NCBI RefSeq assembly: GCF_009834535.1
Contig: NC_045696.1
Location: 18,850,001 to 18,914,000 of the forward strand
DNA length: 64,000 bases
Direction of reading: 5' to 3'
From: Camelus ferus
Taxonomy: Eukaryota
Part shown: positions 11,921 through 24,776 of the stretch, piece after piece
Numbering within the stretch: position 1 is the stretch's first letter
How the letters are laid out: every line of letters begins with the position of its first letter
The notes under the pieces: generated by a model
Told to the model about the DNA's origin: nothing
Database searches by the model: none
What the model saw: only the letters and a program-made list of their open reading frames with translations
Position numbers and translations under genes: made by a program

Positions 11921-12480
11921 CTGCATGAGTTTCCTGTCAGTGCCTTAGCAAATTATCACAAGCTTAGTTGCTCCAAATAGCACTAATTTATTATCCCAGA
12001 ATTCTGTAGGTCAGAAGTCTGACATAAGTATCATCCCAGGGCTGAAATCAAGGTGTCTGCTGGACTGTCTTCCTTCCTAGAGGCTCTGGGGTAGGAACTG
12101 TTTCCTTGCCCATTCAAGCCACTGACAAAATTCAGGTCCTTGCGACCATCGATGTTAAGTTCCTGTGTCCTGCTAGCTGTCAGGTGAGGACACTTCCCAG
12201 CTTCTAGAGGGCACCCAGACTCCTTGGCTCCTGTCTCCCTTTCCCCATCCTCCATCATGAAAGCCAGCAAGGAGGGGCCAGTCTCTCATACACTTCAAAT
12301 CTCTCCTTCCACTTAACCTTTCTTAATTATGCAGGAAAGATTCTCAGTTTTAGGGACTTGAGTGATTAGATTAGGCCAACCCTGGTAAGCCAGGATAATC
12401 TCCCTCTCACAGTGTCCTTGACCTTAATCACATCTGCAAAGTCCCTTCTGCATTATAAGATGACATTCTCACAGGTTCCT
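11921..12480 (-). mobile_element. MaLR LTR, MLT1D/E-like, 5' tip truncated
   Basis: aattctgtaggtcagaagtctgac, ggctgaaatcaaggtgtc, ccagcttctagagg, ccaggataatctccc, ccttaatcacatctgcaaagtccctt. Confidence 0.85.
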
Positions 12481-13129
12481 ACGACCTGTGATATCTCACA
12501 GAACATGGAAGGACAAGCATTAATCTTTTTATGATACTTTGAAATGGGCAAAAAAGATTAATTGATAACTTGTCAGTAGAATGCTGTGTCCTTTGGAGAT
12601 TTTCTTAACCTGTAAGGATATGTTATTTCCACTAACATTATAACAATCTAGTTCAGATTAATAGCCGTGTAATTTCACTAATATTTAGACATTGGCTCCT
12701 GTAGAGCTCTAGTCCACCACTCCTTTATGCTATTTTTAATCACAATTCATCTTCATACATTGTTTTTCCATCAACATAGGTTTGTAGTTAATATTTTACA
12801 TAGTTTTCTTTATAAAATTAAGAACACTCCTTTCAGAAATAAAAATAGTGAAAACTAGGGAGGTGTGACCTGTCACGTTTTAGTGAAAGGGCTATGGAAC
12901 TTAACATTTTTATACCTAAAAAGTGTTGAGTTTCTAGATTGAAAAAAAATCCGTTCAGTGCTAAAGAGAATGGATGAAAATGGATGTATATGTAGAAAGT
13001 TATCATGATATTTCACAGCATGAACAAAAAATGGCCTTAAATGGGGGAGGAGTGCAGAAGAGAAAGAAAGAGAGAAAGAGAGAGGAAAATAAAAAGAAAA
13101 CAAGACAGCAAGAAGACACAAAATATAAT

Positions 13130-13680
13130 AAACCAAAATAACTTCATGGGAAATTCTGAAAGCCAGAAAATAGGAAGCAATACTTTTTAAATTAAAAAAA
13201 CACACACACATTTGGGTTTAAACTCAATACCCAAGCAGTCAATCAAATATGAAAAGTTTAATTAAGAGAACACAGCATAAAAAGTATTAGGACTCATACA
13301 GTCTTTCCCAAGATGCTATAATGGAAGCACCAAATTAAGGATGGCATGGGATAAAAGAAAAAGCAAATAGGATATTTTATCCAGGAAGGAGGTTACCAAA
13401 ATGAATGGAGTTACCAAAAAACAGTAATGTGCAAGACCCAGCTAACCACCAGCCCAGATAAGAGAGGATAAAGATGCTTCTTTAAAACTGATACATTATT
13501 TGATGAAAAACAGCTTTACAAAAGTTGATACTCTTGGCTAATGATTTGCAAGTCCTTGTCTCTGGGAAGGGAGAAATGGATGAAGTGAGGAAAGGAAGCT
13601 ATTGTTTTCATAACAAACTTATTGAAGCATTTGACTCTTAAAATAATGTGCATATGTGTATATGAAAAAATTAAAAAAGA
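13130..13680 (+). mobile_element. Degenerate L1ME/HAL1-like fragments
   Basis: ctgaaagccagaaaataggaagcaatac (ORF1-like) and 3'-end-like ctctgggaagggagaaatg...catttgactcttaaa...gtgcatatg followed by an A-rich tail. Confidence 0.45.
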
Positions 13681-15367
13681 AGAAAGCAGCATAAGCTCTT
13701 AAATAAGAAAGTGTTAGTATGTCCCTTTTTCAGTTAAATAAATCTGTAATTGCAAAGTGAGTATATTCATATTGCAAAACAAAATACTGAAGTACTTTAG
13801 CAAACCATTCTTACACTTAAGTGAAATGTTGGGATGATATTGCATCTAACAAGTACAGCATTACAGATAGAATGATTCTGCTCTCAGTTCTGAGTGCTGA
13901 ATAAAACCTTCCTAATTGCATATACAGTATCTGAGATTTTTGAGGCAAAATATTAATGAATGCATGATCTTTATGTCAGCTTGACCCAGAAAGCTGAACT
14001 GAATGGTCTCCTCAGATTTATTATACTGTAATTCAGACAAAATTACAAAAAAAATGCTTAGGACAATTTTTGAGTAATAATTATGATACATTTGGGTAAA
14101 ATAGACTCATTTTTCTTTGATTTTGGAAAAGTAAAATATTGGAAGGTTTACAATCAGAAGAGTTTGCTGAAATAACAGTGTGTTTTGTTTAGCTGTTTGG
14201 ATTTCTGTTTATGCATAGTACTTATTCTGTTTACTCTATGAAAAAAAAAAATTCCTCCAAAAAGATTCTCTTAACTAGCTTGTAGAATCTGAAATCAATG
14301 TTAATGATTTAGTAAATATTCGAAGTAGTTTTCTTATACCAAAATGTTATTTTTTTCAATATAGAGATCTCTCTCTCCTTCAGATTTAAAAACATCCTCA
14401 GAAAAATGTTTCTGGGAACCTCTGTGAATTTTCTACTTTCTATTAGAATTTCTTTGAAATTGTGATACAGAGTTCGATGAGGAAATGTTGGCATAATTTG
14501 CAGTGAAACTTCGTCCATGTGCCCGATACTGTGTCCATCTTTTTCCTTTCATAGATGTTGATCCATAATGAATATTTTGTGCCCTAAAATTTGTTTTAAG
14601 TTCTGCTCCTAGAGAATCTGATCTCTGAATCTGTCCTATCAAAAGTAGTATCTTCTGGCACTTTCTATCTCTGCAAATATTTCCATTTTTAGGGTTTATC
14701 AGAAGCACAAGTACCATCTGTTAATATATCAGTGTGGTCAGTTGCTGTCTGTAATTCTATTTGCCCATATTATTTATGTTACAAATTTTTGTATTCTATG
14801 AATCTTTAGAATTAGCTGTTAGCTCTATGAATCTTTTTATGACCTTCAATAGATTATTTCATGTTTAAAATATTTTCTCATATAAATTAAACTCACATAA
14901 AACATTATCCTTTGAACGTTTTTTGATGTGACAGCATCCTTAAAAACCAGTTTTTAAGGATCCTTTTGAATTTTTTGGTTCACACCAAATTTCTAGTGAG
15001 ACCCTGGAACAAATTAATGTAGACATTAACCAATTTTATGAGGATTTTGTGGAACTGAGTTTTTCAAAACTATTCTACACTGTGCTTTCCATTCCAAGAA
15101 AGTAATTACCAATCCTCACAGTTTTTCAGTATTTTGGACTTGTGAAATTCAACTACTGGTATGCATTTAGCTTTGAAATTACAGTAAATTTCCTGAATGT
15201 TTCTCAGTTTATGGGTTTGTCGATTAATGTCACAGCAGTTGTCTTTCTCTGTAATAGAGGACATATTTCCCACCTGGCACAATTTCCAGTTTTGTTAGGC
15301 AGATCACTGTTTGGTCTCATCCAAACCTGACCTCTGCAGAAAATTCATTTTCTTGATTCCTCTCGAT

Positions 15368-15575
15368 GAAAGATTGGCAAATGTTTTCTTAAAGAGCCAG
15401 ATAGTAAATATTTTAGGCTTGTTAGGAGAGAAGTTTTAAGATATTATTTAGGTACTTATGTAACCGTTTATAATCACTTTTAAAATTATTGTAAAGGAAT
15501 TTGTATTTTTGTAGACTGTACAAAACGAAGTGTTGGGGCAGATTTAGCCATCAGGCCGTCATTTGCCGAACCCCG
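15368..15575. mobile_element. hAT-Charlie MITE, MER58-like
   Basis: ttggcaaatgttttcttaaagagccagatagtaaatattttaggctt at one end and ggccgtcatttgccgaaccccg at the other (MER58-type TIRs). Confidence 0.8.
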
Positions 15576-15899
15576 CTTAGAGGACAGTGACAGTTTATGG
15601 TTATCCACTCTCTGCTAGGCTTGGAATCCATTCTGAAGGGAAGTTAAATACAAATTTTGTAGGTGAGAAAATGTAAACTGTTATAAATACAGGCTGCACC
15701 TATCAATAGTCTTCCTCTCCTTTTTCTTTGTTCTCCAATTAAAATATCATTTTACTTCAATTACTGACTCTCCTGGATTGGTCTTAAATTTTATTTTTCT
15801 ATTTTTTCTGTGTTTTGTGCTTTTTTTCCCCTTCTGATTTATGGGAAACACACTTAACTACATTTCCCAAAAGCTTGTATCAATTTTTCTTTAGTTTAC

Positions 15900-17100
15900 T
15901 GTATTTCAAAAAATATATAATTTCAAGTGATTATAGATTCATGGGAGCTTTTTTAAAAAAACAATACAGAGAGGTTTCATATACGTTTGACCTCGCTTCT
16001 CCCAATGCTAACATCTTGCACAGCCATAGTACACTATCAAAACTGGTGAACTGTCTGTGTACAATCCAGAGTTTATTCAGATTTCACCAGTTTTACAAGC
16101 ACTTTGTGTGTGTATGCACTTGAGCATGCCCGCTCATTCATATATGTAGTTCTATGCAATTGATACTCCAGGCAAGTTCTGGTGCCCAACATACCATGAC
16201 GCCAAACAAACCTTAATGCTGAAGTTTGGAGCAGAGAAAGGTTTACTGCAAGGGCCGAGCAAGGAGGATGGGGTGGCTCATGCCCAAGAAAACCCTGAGT
16301 TCCCAGAGGGGTTCAGCAAAGTGTGTTTAAAGGCCAGGTAAGGGAAGGAGGTCACAGGGTAAGTAATCAGCTCGGCTCAATTCTCTGATTGAAGTGAGGT
16401 CAGAGAGGTCAACACTATCAACCCCTAGGCACCAGAAGGTCTGGGGGCCAAGTGCTCACAATCATCAAGTAGTTAATTTCCTCCTTTTGGTGGTGTTTTA
16501 TAGCATCTGAAAAACTCAGGAAATATACATGAGATACTATTATCTGGGTACTTCAGAGAGGAGCTACAGCAGAGGATATGGGGGGAGGGGGTCTGTCCCA
16601 GGAAGTTCCCACAGGGTCCTGCTCAGTTACACAATTTTATCACATATGCAGGCTTTGTGTAACAAGCATCTTAATCGAGACAAAGAACAGTTCCATCACC
16701 ACAGGACTTTTTTGTGCTATTCTTTCATAACCACACCCTTCCCTACCTGTCCCATCACTAACCCCTGAAAGCCATTAATCTGTTTCCATCTCTATAATAT
16801 TATTTCATAAATGTTATATAGAAGGACTCATATAAATATTTAACCGTTTGAGATGATTTTTTTCCCTCAGCATAATTATTTTGAGATTATTCAAGTTGTA
16901 ATGTGTTTTAGTAAGATTGTTCATTTTTTGGATTCTGAGTCGTATTCCAAGGCATGGATGTGCCGTTGCTTTACTAAAAGACTTTGGGCCTGGGCCAGTG
17001 TTGGATTATTATGAAAAGAGCTTCTATGAACAACTGCGTATACATTTTTGCTTAAATGTAAGTTTGCATTTGTCTGGGATAAATGCCCAACAGTGGTAGG
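15900..17100 (-). mobile_element. Old L1MC/MD 3' end interrupted by an LTR
   Basis: ttctcccaatgctaacatcttgca...cagatttcaccagtttta; ctatgcaat|tttatcacat rejoins when 16161-16635 is removed; continues to ttgtctgggataaatgccc. Confidence 0.75.
16161..16631 (-). mobile_element. ERV1 solo LTR (MER34-group-like) with 4-bp TSD
   Basis: TG...CA termini (minus strand tgtaactgagcaggaccc...gtatca); TSD CAAT at 16157-16160 and 16632-16635. Confidence 0.88.
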
Positions 17101-17427
17101 CTGTCATACTTATAATATCCAAGAACTTGTTTTGTTCTCTTAATCTGTCTGTTTTCTAACCTACTGCTTCTTTTCATTGATCACATTTTTTCCTCTTTTT
17201 ATTCCTCTGAGGACATGAATGGTACATTTGTGAAAGTCTCCTTCTACTAGAACTTCTTTTCTTCATGTTGCTTCTATCCATTTACTTGTTTGATTTTTAT
17301 CTTTCATCATTGTAGTTTTCCAAAGATACCTGCCGATGCTTGTTTTCTACTTGTATTTAAGGATGGATTTCTAAAAATTAATTAATAGAAGGCTCTGTAT
17401 CCATGCTTTTGGCATGCTGCCTGTATT

Positions 17428-17784
17428 TTTTTTATTTATCTTTTTTTTAACATTTTTTATTGATTTATAATCATTTTACAATGCTGTGTCAAATTCCAGT
17501 GTAGAGCACAATTTTTCAGTTATGCATGAACATATATATATTCATTGTCACATTTTTTTCTCTGTGAGCTACCGTAAGATCTTGTATATATTTCCCTGTG
17601 CCATACAGTATAATCTTGTTTATCTATTCTACAATTCTGAAATCCCAGTCTATCTCTTCCCAATTCCCACCCCCTTGGCAACCACAAGTTTGTATTCTAT
17701 GTCTGTGAGTCTGTTTCTGTTTTGTATTTATGCTTTTTTTTTTTATTTTTGTTTTTTGGGTTTTTTTAGATTCCACATATGAGT
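17428..17784 (-). mobile_element. Young lineage-specific L1, 3'UTR only
   Basis: Poly-T start; close reverse complement of 56975-57320; probable TSD CTGTATT at 17421-17427 and 17785-17791. Confidence 0.9.
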
Positions 17785-18153
17785 CTGTATTATTTATTGT
17801 AGTTCATCCTCAGGGGCATTTCATTAGAGGGTGCCCAATGCTACCATCTTCAGTTATCTCTTGTTGAACTTGATAAATTCCCAAGAGTATTTTCTTCTGA
17901 TTATTTGTCTGTAGAATGTCTAGAACTGGCTGTTAACAGCTGTGGAAACTAAGTATGAGGAGTGAGCTGGGTGACTTACCATTAAGTATGTATTTACTAA
18001 ATTCAACCTTTTCACTATTTTTTATTCAAAATATGCAAGAATTCCTCAGTTCGGAGAACTTTTTTTGACATAGTATTGCCAGAAGTTTTCCATTTTGTTT
18101 GTGTTTATAAAGCTTTAATTTTAGCTTTACTTTGTTAGTTCTCATTATTTTAC

Positions 18154-18282
18154 TTTTATTTTGGGGGGGGGGCAGGGGTGGTGGTAATTATATGTTTATT
18201 TTTAGAGGAAGGACTGAGAATTGAACCCAGGACCTTGTGTATACTAAGCTGCTCTCTACCGCTGAGCTACACCCTACCCCCC
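18154..18282 (-). mobile_element. tRNA-derived SINE, Vic-1-like (camelid)
   Basis: Minus strand ggggtagggtgtagctcagcggtagag...ggtcctgggttcaattc...aaaaataaa...taattacc...cccc plus A tail; A box 18259-18269, B box 18218-18227. Confidence 0.8.
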
Positions 18283-18805
18283 TTATTCTTTATTTTTAAG
18301 ACAAAAAGTATATTGTAATCACTCTGTGTTGTAGCTATATTGTCTCTGTTTTGATTTGACTATTCATAGGGAATAGCAAAAAACTGAAGAATTACTTTTT
18401 TCAGTCTTTAGCAATTATCATCAGAGAAAAGGATGGGTGCCAAATCAGGATACATGTTCCAGTTTGCGTGTAACTTAATGATTATACTGCTGGTTGGGCT
18501 CAGTGCTCCATACTGATTCTTCTTAATAAGACAAAGATAAATAAGGACATGTCATCTGAGTTACTAATACATGATTAGTGAATGAATATTAAGCTCATAC
18601 TCTAAAACATTGTGTCATTCAGGTGGTAACTGATAATTAAAGACTTAGATGTATTAGTGCTAATAATTATATGACAAATCTCTTTCTATAAATCACAGCT
18701 TCTAAAAATAAATAATTCTTTATATTCAGTTTAAAAATCTAGACTTTTAGATATATCTTGGAAATAATTAAGTTTAGGTATTAGACACTCCCTAAAAGGT
18801 AAAAA

Positions 18806-19407
18806 TGTTAGGCAGTTAGATAGAAATGAGCACTGGGCAGGGGGAGAGGCAGGGGAAAGGAGCAACCCAGAAAGTAACAGCACGCCTGCACTCAGGATAA
18901 GGGGCTCCAAAAACTTACTTTCTCTAAATGAGGGCCAGCAAAGAGGCCGGCTTGGATCGAACACTGCAGCTGCACAGTAGGGAGAAGGACCCGGCTTAAC
19001 TTGACCCAATGCTCATTATAATGTAATAACATAGCAGTTTGAGCCCCCTCCTGCAGGTTTCTCTGTGTGCATCCTGGGTAAGAACGTGCACAGAAGGGAT
19101 GGGCGTGCCTGAGCACAAGGAACTAAGCTGTCAGTCAGCCTGAGCACTCAAAGAACCTGAGCCGTGAATCAATCAGGAAAACACCCCCTAAGCCAGGATA
19201 TAAACAACAGGAAAAACAAAGGAGAGGTGTGATTTTTCCTGTCCTGGATTGGCCCGCTCCCAATTCTCAGGAGTGTTCCATATTTTACTACCTTTTTACT
19301 TTACTAACAAAATCTTGTGTATATCATACTTTGTCTTCTGTTAAAAATTATTTTTTTCCGGGTGACTAAGAAACGAAGTAATTCTTACCTCCCTCCTTCC
19401 AGTAACA
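18806..19407 (+). mobile_element. ERV1 solo LTR with 4-bp TSD
   Basis: tgttaggcagttagatag...ccttccagtaaca; AAAA on both flanks; TATA-like ggatataaa near 19200. Confidence 0.82.
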
Positions 19408-20424
19408 AAAAAAGTAAAATGGCATCAGTAATTTAAAATTGTATTTAACACATTTATACAACCCTGTTGGATTTTAATAGCAATTCATGGTTAATAAGTT
19501 GAATTCATAGGGATGCAATCCAAATCATTGCTATTACTAAGAAAATTAATTCTTTATATATTAGACATTCACTGTCATGACATATTATCAGATTGAATAT
19601 ATATCAGTAAATAAAATGTGTCTTTCTTAATTCATGAGCCTAAATGTCACCAATACCACTTTCAGATTTTTGCAGTCTATTAAAACTTTTAAGATACACT
19701 GAAGAATACAATCATATGGCAAGTCAGTGTTTTGAGCTTTAAAAATCAAAGCATATTTAAAAAATGAAATATTTGGTGACAGAAAGAACAATAGCTACTT
19801 TTACAATCACAGGCTTTGTCAAAAAATAGCTCACTACTGTTAAATGCAATTTTGTTGACCTAAATATTTTTTTCTTTTCTCAAATTCAGAAGTCACTCAG
19901 TATGTTCAGAATTAACACGAGCTTTGTCTGAGAATATTAATTAGTTTCATAGAGCATTTCATTGCAACTGGTTAGAGATTGAATAATAAAGTGGAATAAA
20001 ATTGAAATTGTTAATGTAGCCAATTAGATCATTTCTTATTGTGTTTATGAGACAGTGTTTTTCCTGTAATGAGATTTTAGCATTGTTATTTGGATAAGCT
20101 TTGTTAAAATATCTGTTGGCTCTTGAATTTTAAATTACTTGAATGCACATGTAAGTCACTTGTAAGACTAGGAATCACATGTGATACAATAATCACATGT
20201 CTGGGTTTTATTACATCTAATTAAACCTACAAAAATTGGTTTTGAAAATGTTGATTTTTTTTTTAGTTTGTTTTTTTTTAAAGACAGGGCAGCTTGTATT
20301 TACATATAAATTGTTAGCAGAACAAGTTATAAAATACACTTGTAGGCTAGTACTTGATAATATGTGGAATAGAAATCATTTCTGGTGTAATCCTTGTAAT
20401 TCCACTGCTTTTATCCCCACCTGT

Positions 20425-20535
20425 CTTTAAGAACCAAGGTGCAGGGATCTTGTATTTTCTACTAATTAAGCCCAGCTTATGGGCCTTACACAGTGCTTGA
20501 AAATAGTAGACACAAACATTTGTTAAATAAACAGA
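20425..20535 (+). mobile_element. L2 3' end fragment
   Basis: ggtgcagggatcttgt...acacagtgcttgaaaatagtagacacaaacatttgttaaataaa. Confidence 0.6.
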
Positions 20536-22900
20536 TAATCTCCAATACATACATATTTTCTCTTCCTCAACTAACATCAAATATTCTAATGTGGAAGGTT
20601 AAGTTTTTTGTCAAGTGGGAAACCAATACAACCTTTAATAAAAATACCATAGAAATAGAAATAAAGGATAAATCTTTCTCCATGATTTTGTTGCTTCTAC
20701 AGCTAAACAGTTTTATTATTTATGTGTTTATTTAATCATTCTTTTTTTAATTAGTAAGGGAAAGCATACCATGGTAGTGGTTCCCAAGCAAATCACAAAG
20801 TTCAATAACTTTATTTAATTTATCTATATTTCTTAAATACAGACTTGATGCATATCATTGACGTAATGTTCAGTTGCACTTCTGAGATTAAACAGAAAAA
20901 TCCCAGGGAAAGAGCTGTTAAAACACATTGCATGTAGTAAGATAAAGAAGCTTTGTCAGCAGAAGTTTAGGACAAATCTCCATCCCTTTATATGATGTGT
21001 TGTTTTCAAGTCTACACTAGCTTACCAATTTTCTCCTACATACATTTGGACTGAATTAATTACATTACATCAGTAAGAACCTACCTATGATACCCCAATA
21101 AGAACTTAATGATATACAAAATAATATTTCTATCATTGCAGGAAGTATGACATAATGTGCTCAAGATAATTTATTGAACAGTTTTTATTTTCTTAAAACT
21201 CTGAACAAGAATCACAAACTAAAGATGTAAAATACAAAGGGGATATGTATATTTGAAGCATATAATTTTGATATGTTAGAGAATTCAATGGTATGGTCCA
21301 GTACAATTTCTTGGAGACATTAAAAAAGATATGAAACAAACTGGATCCAAATACTAGTTCCCAAATTTTAGTGTTGTCTTGGACTGAAAGCGGGGATATT
21401 AATTATGCTTCTGTGATTAACAGCAAACATAATAATAACAGTGTCATATGGTTTATATACTTACTAGCAGTATAACCTGAGTATCAGCTGAGCCCTTGTT
21501 AATCTCTGGAGAGTAGTGAGGGTCAAGGATCCCCCTCATAAAATTTTTAATCACACTTTACCTGCTGATGCTTCTTTTTGCCTCCTTGCTTCTATATCAG
21601 GACATATTGTTTCTGTTTTGTTTTCATTAAATTAAATTTTAAACTCAACCCCTTCATTGATTTCCATAAGGAATTCACTTCCATAAAGTATGATGTGATG
21701 TTTGTAAATTTTTTTCTCACAAGCAAGGATAGCTTTTGCTTTCACCCCATTTATGGGATTTGATGAGTCTCAAATCAATTTTGTGGTAAAAAACATAAGA
21801 AAGGACTATCATAAAATTGGAAAAGAAAGAAAAGTTCAGTAGAAAATGGCTAACTACGTAGATTTAAGAAAAGCAGAAGCAGGATGGGGGTGGGGGGAAG
21901 GGAAAGAAAAAGAAATGGCATCTTCCATGCTAGAGATCAGTGATGTCCTACATGTTTCTTCCAACGAGTTAAACATGCATGGGTCCCTGAGACAAAAAAA
22001 GCAGAGCAGCAACATTTGGGCACTGTGTATTGATAAAATATTTTCCTGAACCAATCAATGAGTTCAAACAATCAATTTAATAAATTAACCAGTCCTTTTA
22101 AAGACTCCATCGGTTACAAAAATCAAAATGATGGGATCAAACAGACATAAAAATATAAAGAAGCAAGAAGATCATCATTACATAATAATTGACTATGTAT
22201 ATTTGGTGTTACTTAATTGGCTTGAGTATTTTTATTCATTTCTTTGTCTATTTATCAAGTTAAAAGATATTTTCCTCTTTTGCCTTTGTGGTGGTTTTGA
22301 TTGAAATTAGGTCTCTAAAAACCTACTTTGTAGTACAGACATCAGGTAGATAATTCTTTCAATTGAAGGCAATTCATTCTTTTATTTTTTGACTTTTTTT
22401 TTGTAATTAAGGATCCCATTAGTATGAAAGATGAAAGAGGCAAAATCTTTTTTTTTTTTTTTTTTTGTAGAAGCTTCTTCCTCTTCTTTTATCTTCTTTC
22501 TCCATACATATAACTCAAAATGCCAGCAATTTTTGTAGGCAATTTATTTTAATGAATTACATAGTTAATCCTATAAGTGAATTATATTCCATATACTGCT
22601 GTCAAAGGTGTTCAAATCATTCCAGTTAACTGTGGATATTAATATGTTGCTGATGTAATTTAGCATCTCCTGGAAATTTTGTCATTTGACATCTCTTCCA
22701 GCTATCAAGATAGTTAACAAAGGAGAGTGATATCACTTCTTCCATGAAATAGCTAACTTCTGTGCTTTGGTTCCTGGTTCATTTCATATTTGTGTAAAAC
22801 TGCCAATTGCAGTTACATACTTCTTAGCTGATCATAAATCCAAAGCATGCCCCCTGCTGGAAACTGGCCTGGCCATGAGAAACACTAACAAAGGAATGTA

Positions 22901-23121
22901 CTGTAGACCCTTGGACAACATGAGTTTGAAGTTCACAGGTCCACTAAGGCTTGAATTTTTTTCAGTCAACACTATTACAGCACTATTTGATCTGCTGTTG
23001 GTTGAATCCTTGTATGTGAAGTCACAGATACAGTGGACCAACCATAAAGTTAGGAATTTTGACTGAGAGAGGGTATGGTCAGGGCTGGCCCATAACCCCT
23101 GTATTGTTCAAGGGTCAACTG
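22901..23121. mobile_element. Tigger2-derived MITE (TcMar-Tigger)
   Basis: TIRs ctgtagacccttggacaac / attgttcaagggtcaactg; TA duplications at 22899-22900 and 23122-23123. Confidence 0.88.
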
Positions 23122-24239
23122 TAATTACCCCAGTGTTGCAGGGAAGATATTATTTTATTCAGTTCAGCCCATCAACTGTTTCATATAGAAGCAAATTTAT
23201 TTTAATTAACATTATAGTTTTAACTAAATCTTCAGAAAGGAGCTCTGCTCGTGAAGAAACGTGTACTTTTAGAAGAGACTTGAGTAAGAGAGTTATTATA
23301 AAAAACTTAAGCTCATGAAATATTGTCCTCTGATTTATTACTCCCATTCATGGAGTTAGAAGATGTCTAAGAAGATAGGTAAAGGACTTTCACACTTCCC
23401 TTTAAGTTGTGTGAGACATATGGGAAAGAGTTATTACTGCTAATTATTGTATACCCAAATCTTACATTACTTGAAATACTAGATCCCATTTCATAGGCTG
23501 AAACAGTTTAAAACACTCTTTCCTTTCTTTACTATTTATGGTATCTATACCAATTTTCTAGGACTACCCTCATTATAATAGACATAGGTGAAAGAAAAAT
23601 TGCATCCACAAAGTAATGTTATCATTTCTTTTATTAGAGATGTATCTTAAGCATCCTAGTCATTTTAAAGTAAAACAGATACAATTTCCACAAATGAGCT
23701 ATATACACAGCAAGAAACCCTCAGTCCTAAAGCATTAACAAAGTGTACGTCCATTACTGCTCAAATTGTGGTAAGATACAGTGCCTCCTGCAATTATGCA
23801 TGTCCTTAATGAAATAATTATCAAACACTTACTAGTGAATATTGATTATGGTTTAAATCAGTAGTCAGAGTGTATTAAGCCATGAATATTGAAGAAGAAA
23901 TTCACTGAAAAATTAAGAGGAATTACTCCAAGGCACATGAACAAAAGAGTAAAGAAACAAGAACTGAATACAGAATGCTCAATGTACTTGAACTTTCAAA
24001 TGTAGGTACATATGGCTTTCCAACAGATTTTTTTTGGTACATTTAAAATGTGTGCATTTTAAAATATGTAAATTATACATCAATAAAGTTAATTTTAGAA
24101 ACTTAACTCACATTGAACATACTGTTTTTCACCTGATAGTAACCTAAAAAGATAGCAATATTTTCTGTATCAATACTTGTATATTTCTGGCATAGTTTTA
24201 ATGGCTTCAAAATATTCCATATTGTGTCTATGACACAAT

Positions 24240-24718
24240 TTATTTTTGATTTTTAATTATTTTATTTTTTATTGAAATATAGTTGGTGTATAATATGACA
24301 TAAGTTACAGATATACAATATAGTGATTCACAGTTTTTAATATTTGTACTCCATTTATAGTTATTATAAAGTATTGGCTGTATTCCCCATCTTGTACAAC
24401 ATATACTTGTAGCTTTTTTTATACCTAATAGTTTGTACCTCTTAATCCTCTAGCCTTACATTGCCCCTCCCCTCTTCCCTCTCCCCACTGGTGACCACTA
24501 GTTTATTCTCTATGTCTGTGAGTCTGCTTCTTTTTTGTTATATTAACTAATTTGTTGTATTTTTTAGATTCCACATATAAATGGTATCATACGGTGTTTG
24601 TCTTTCTCTGCTGACTTATTTTACTTAGCATAATGCTCTCTAAGTCCATTCGTGTTGCTGTAAATGGCAAAATTCCATTCTTTTTTATGACTGAGTAATA
24701 TTCCATTGTGTGTATGTA

Positions 24719-24776
<58 letters not shown>

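Noticed and set aside
18200..18282. tRNA-like sequence
   Set aside because: It has a SINE linker and tail and a degenerate cloverleaf; not a tRNA gene.
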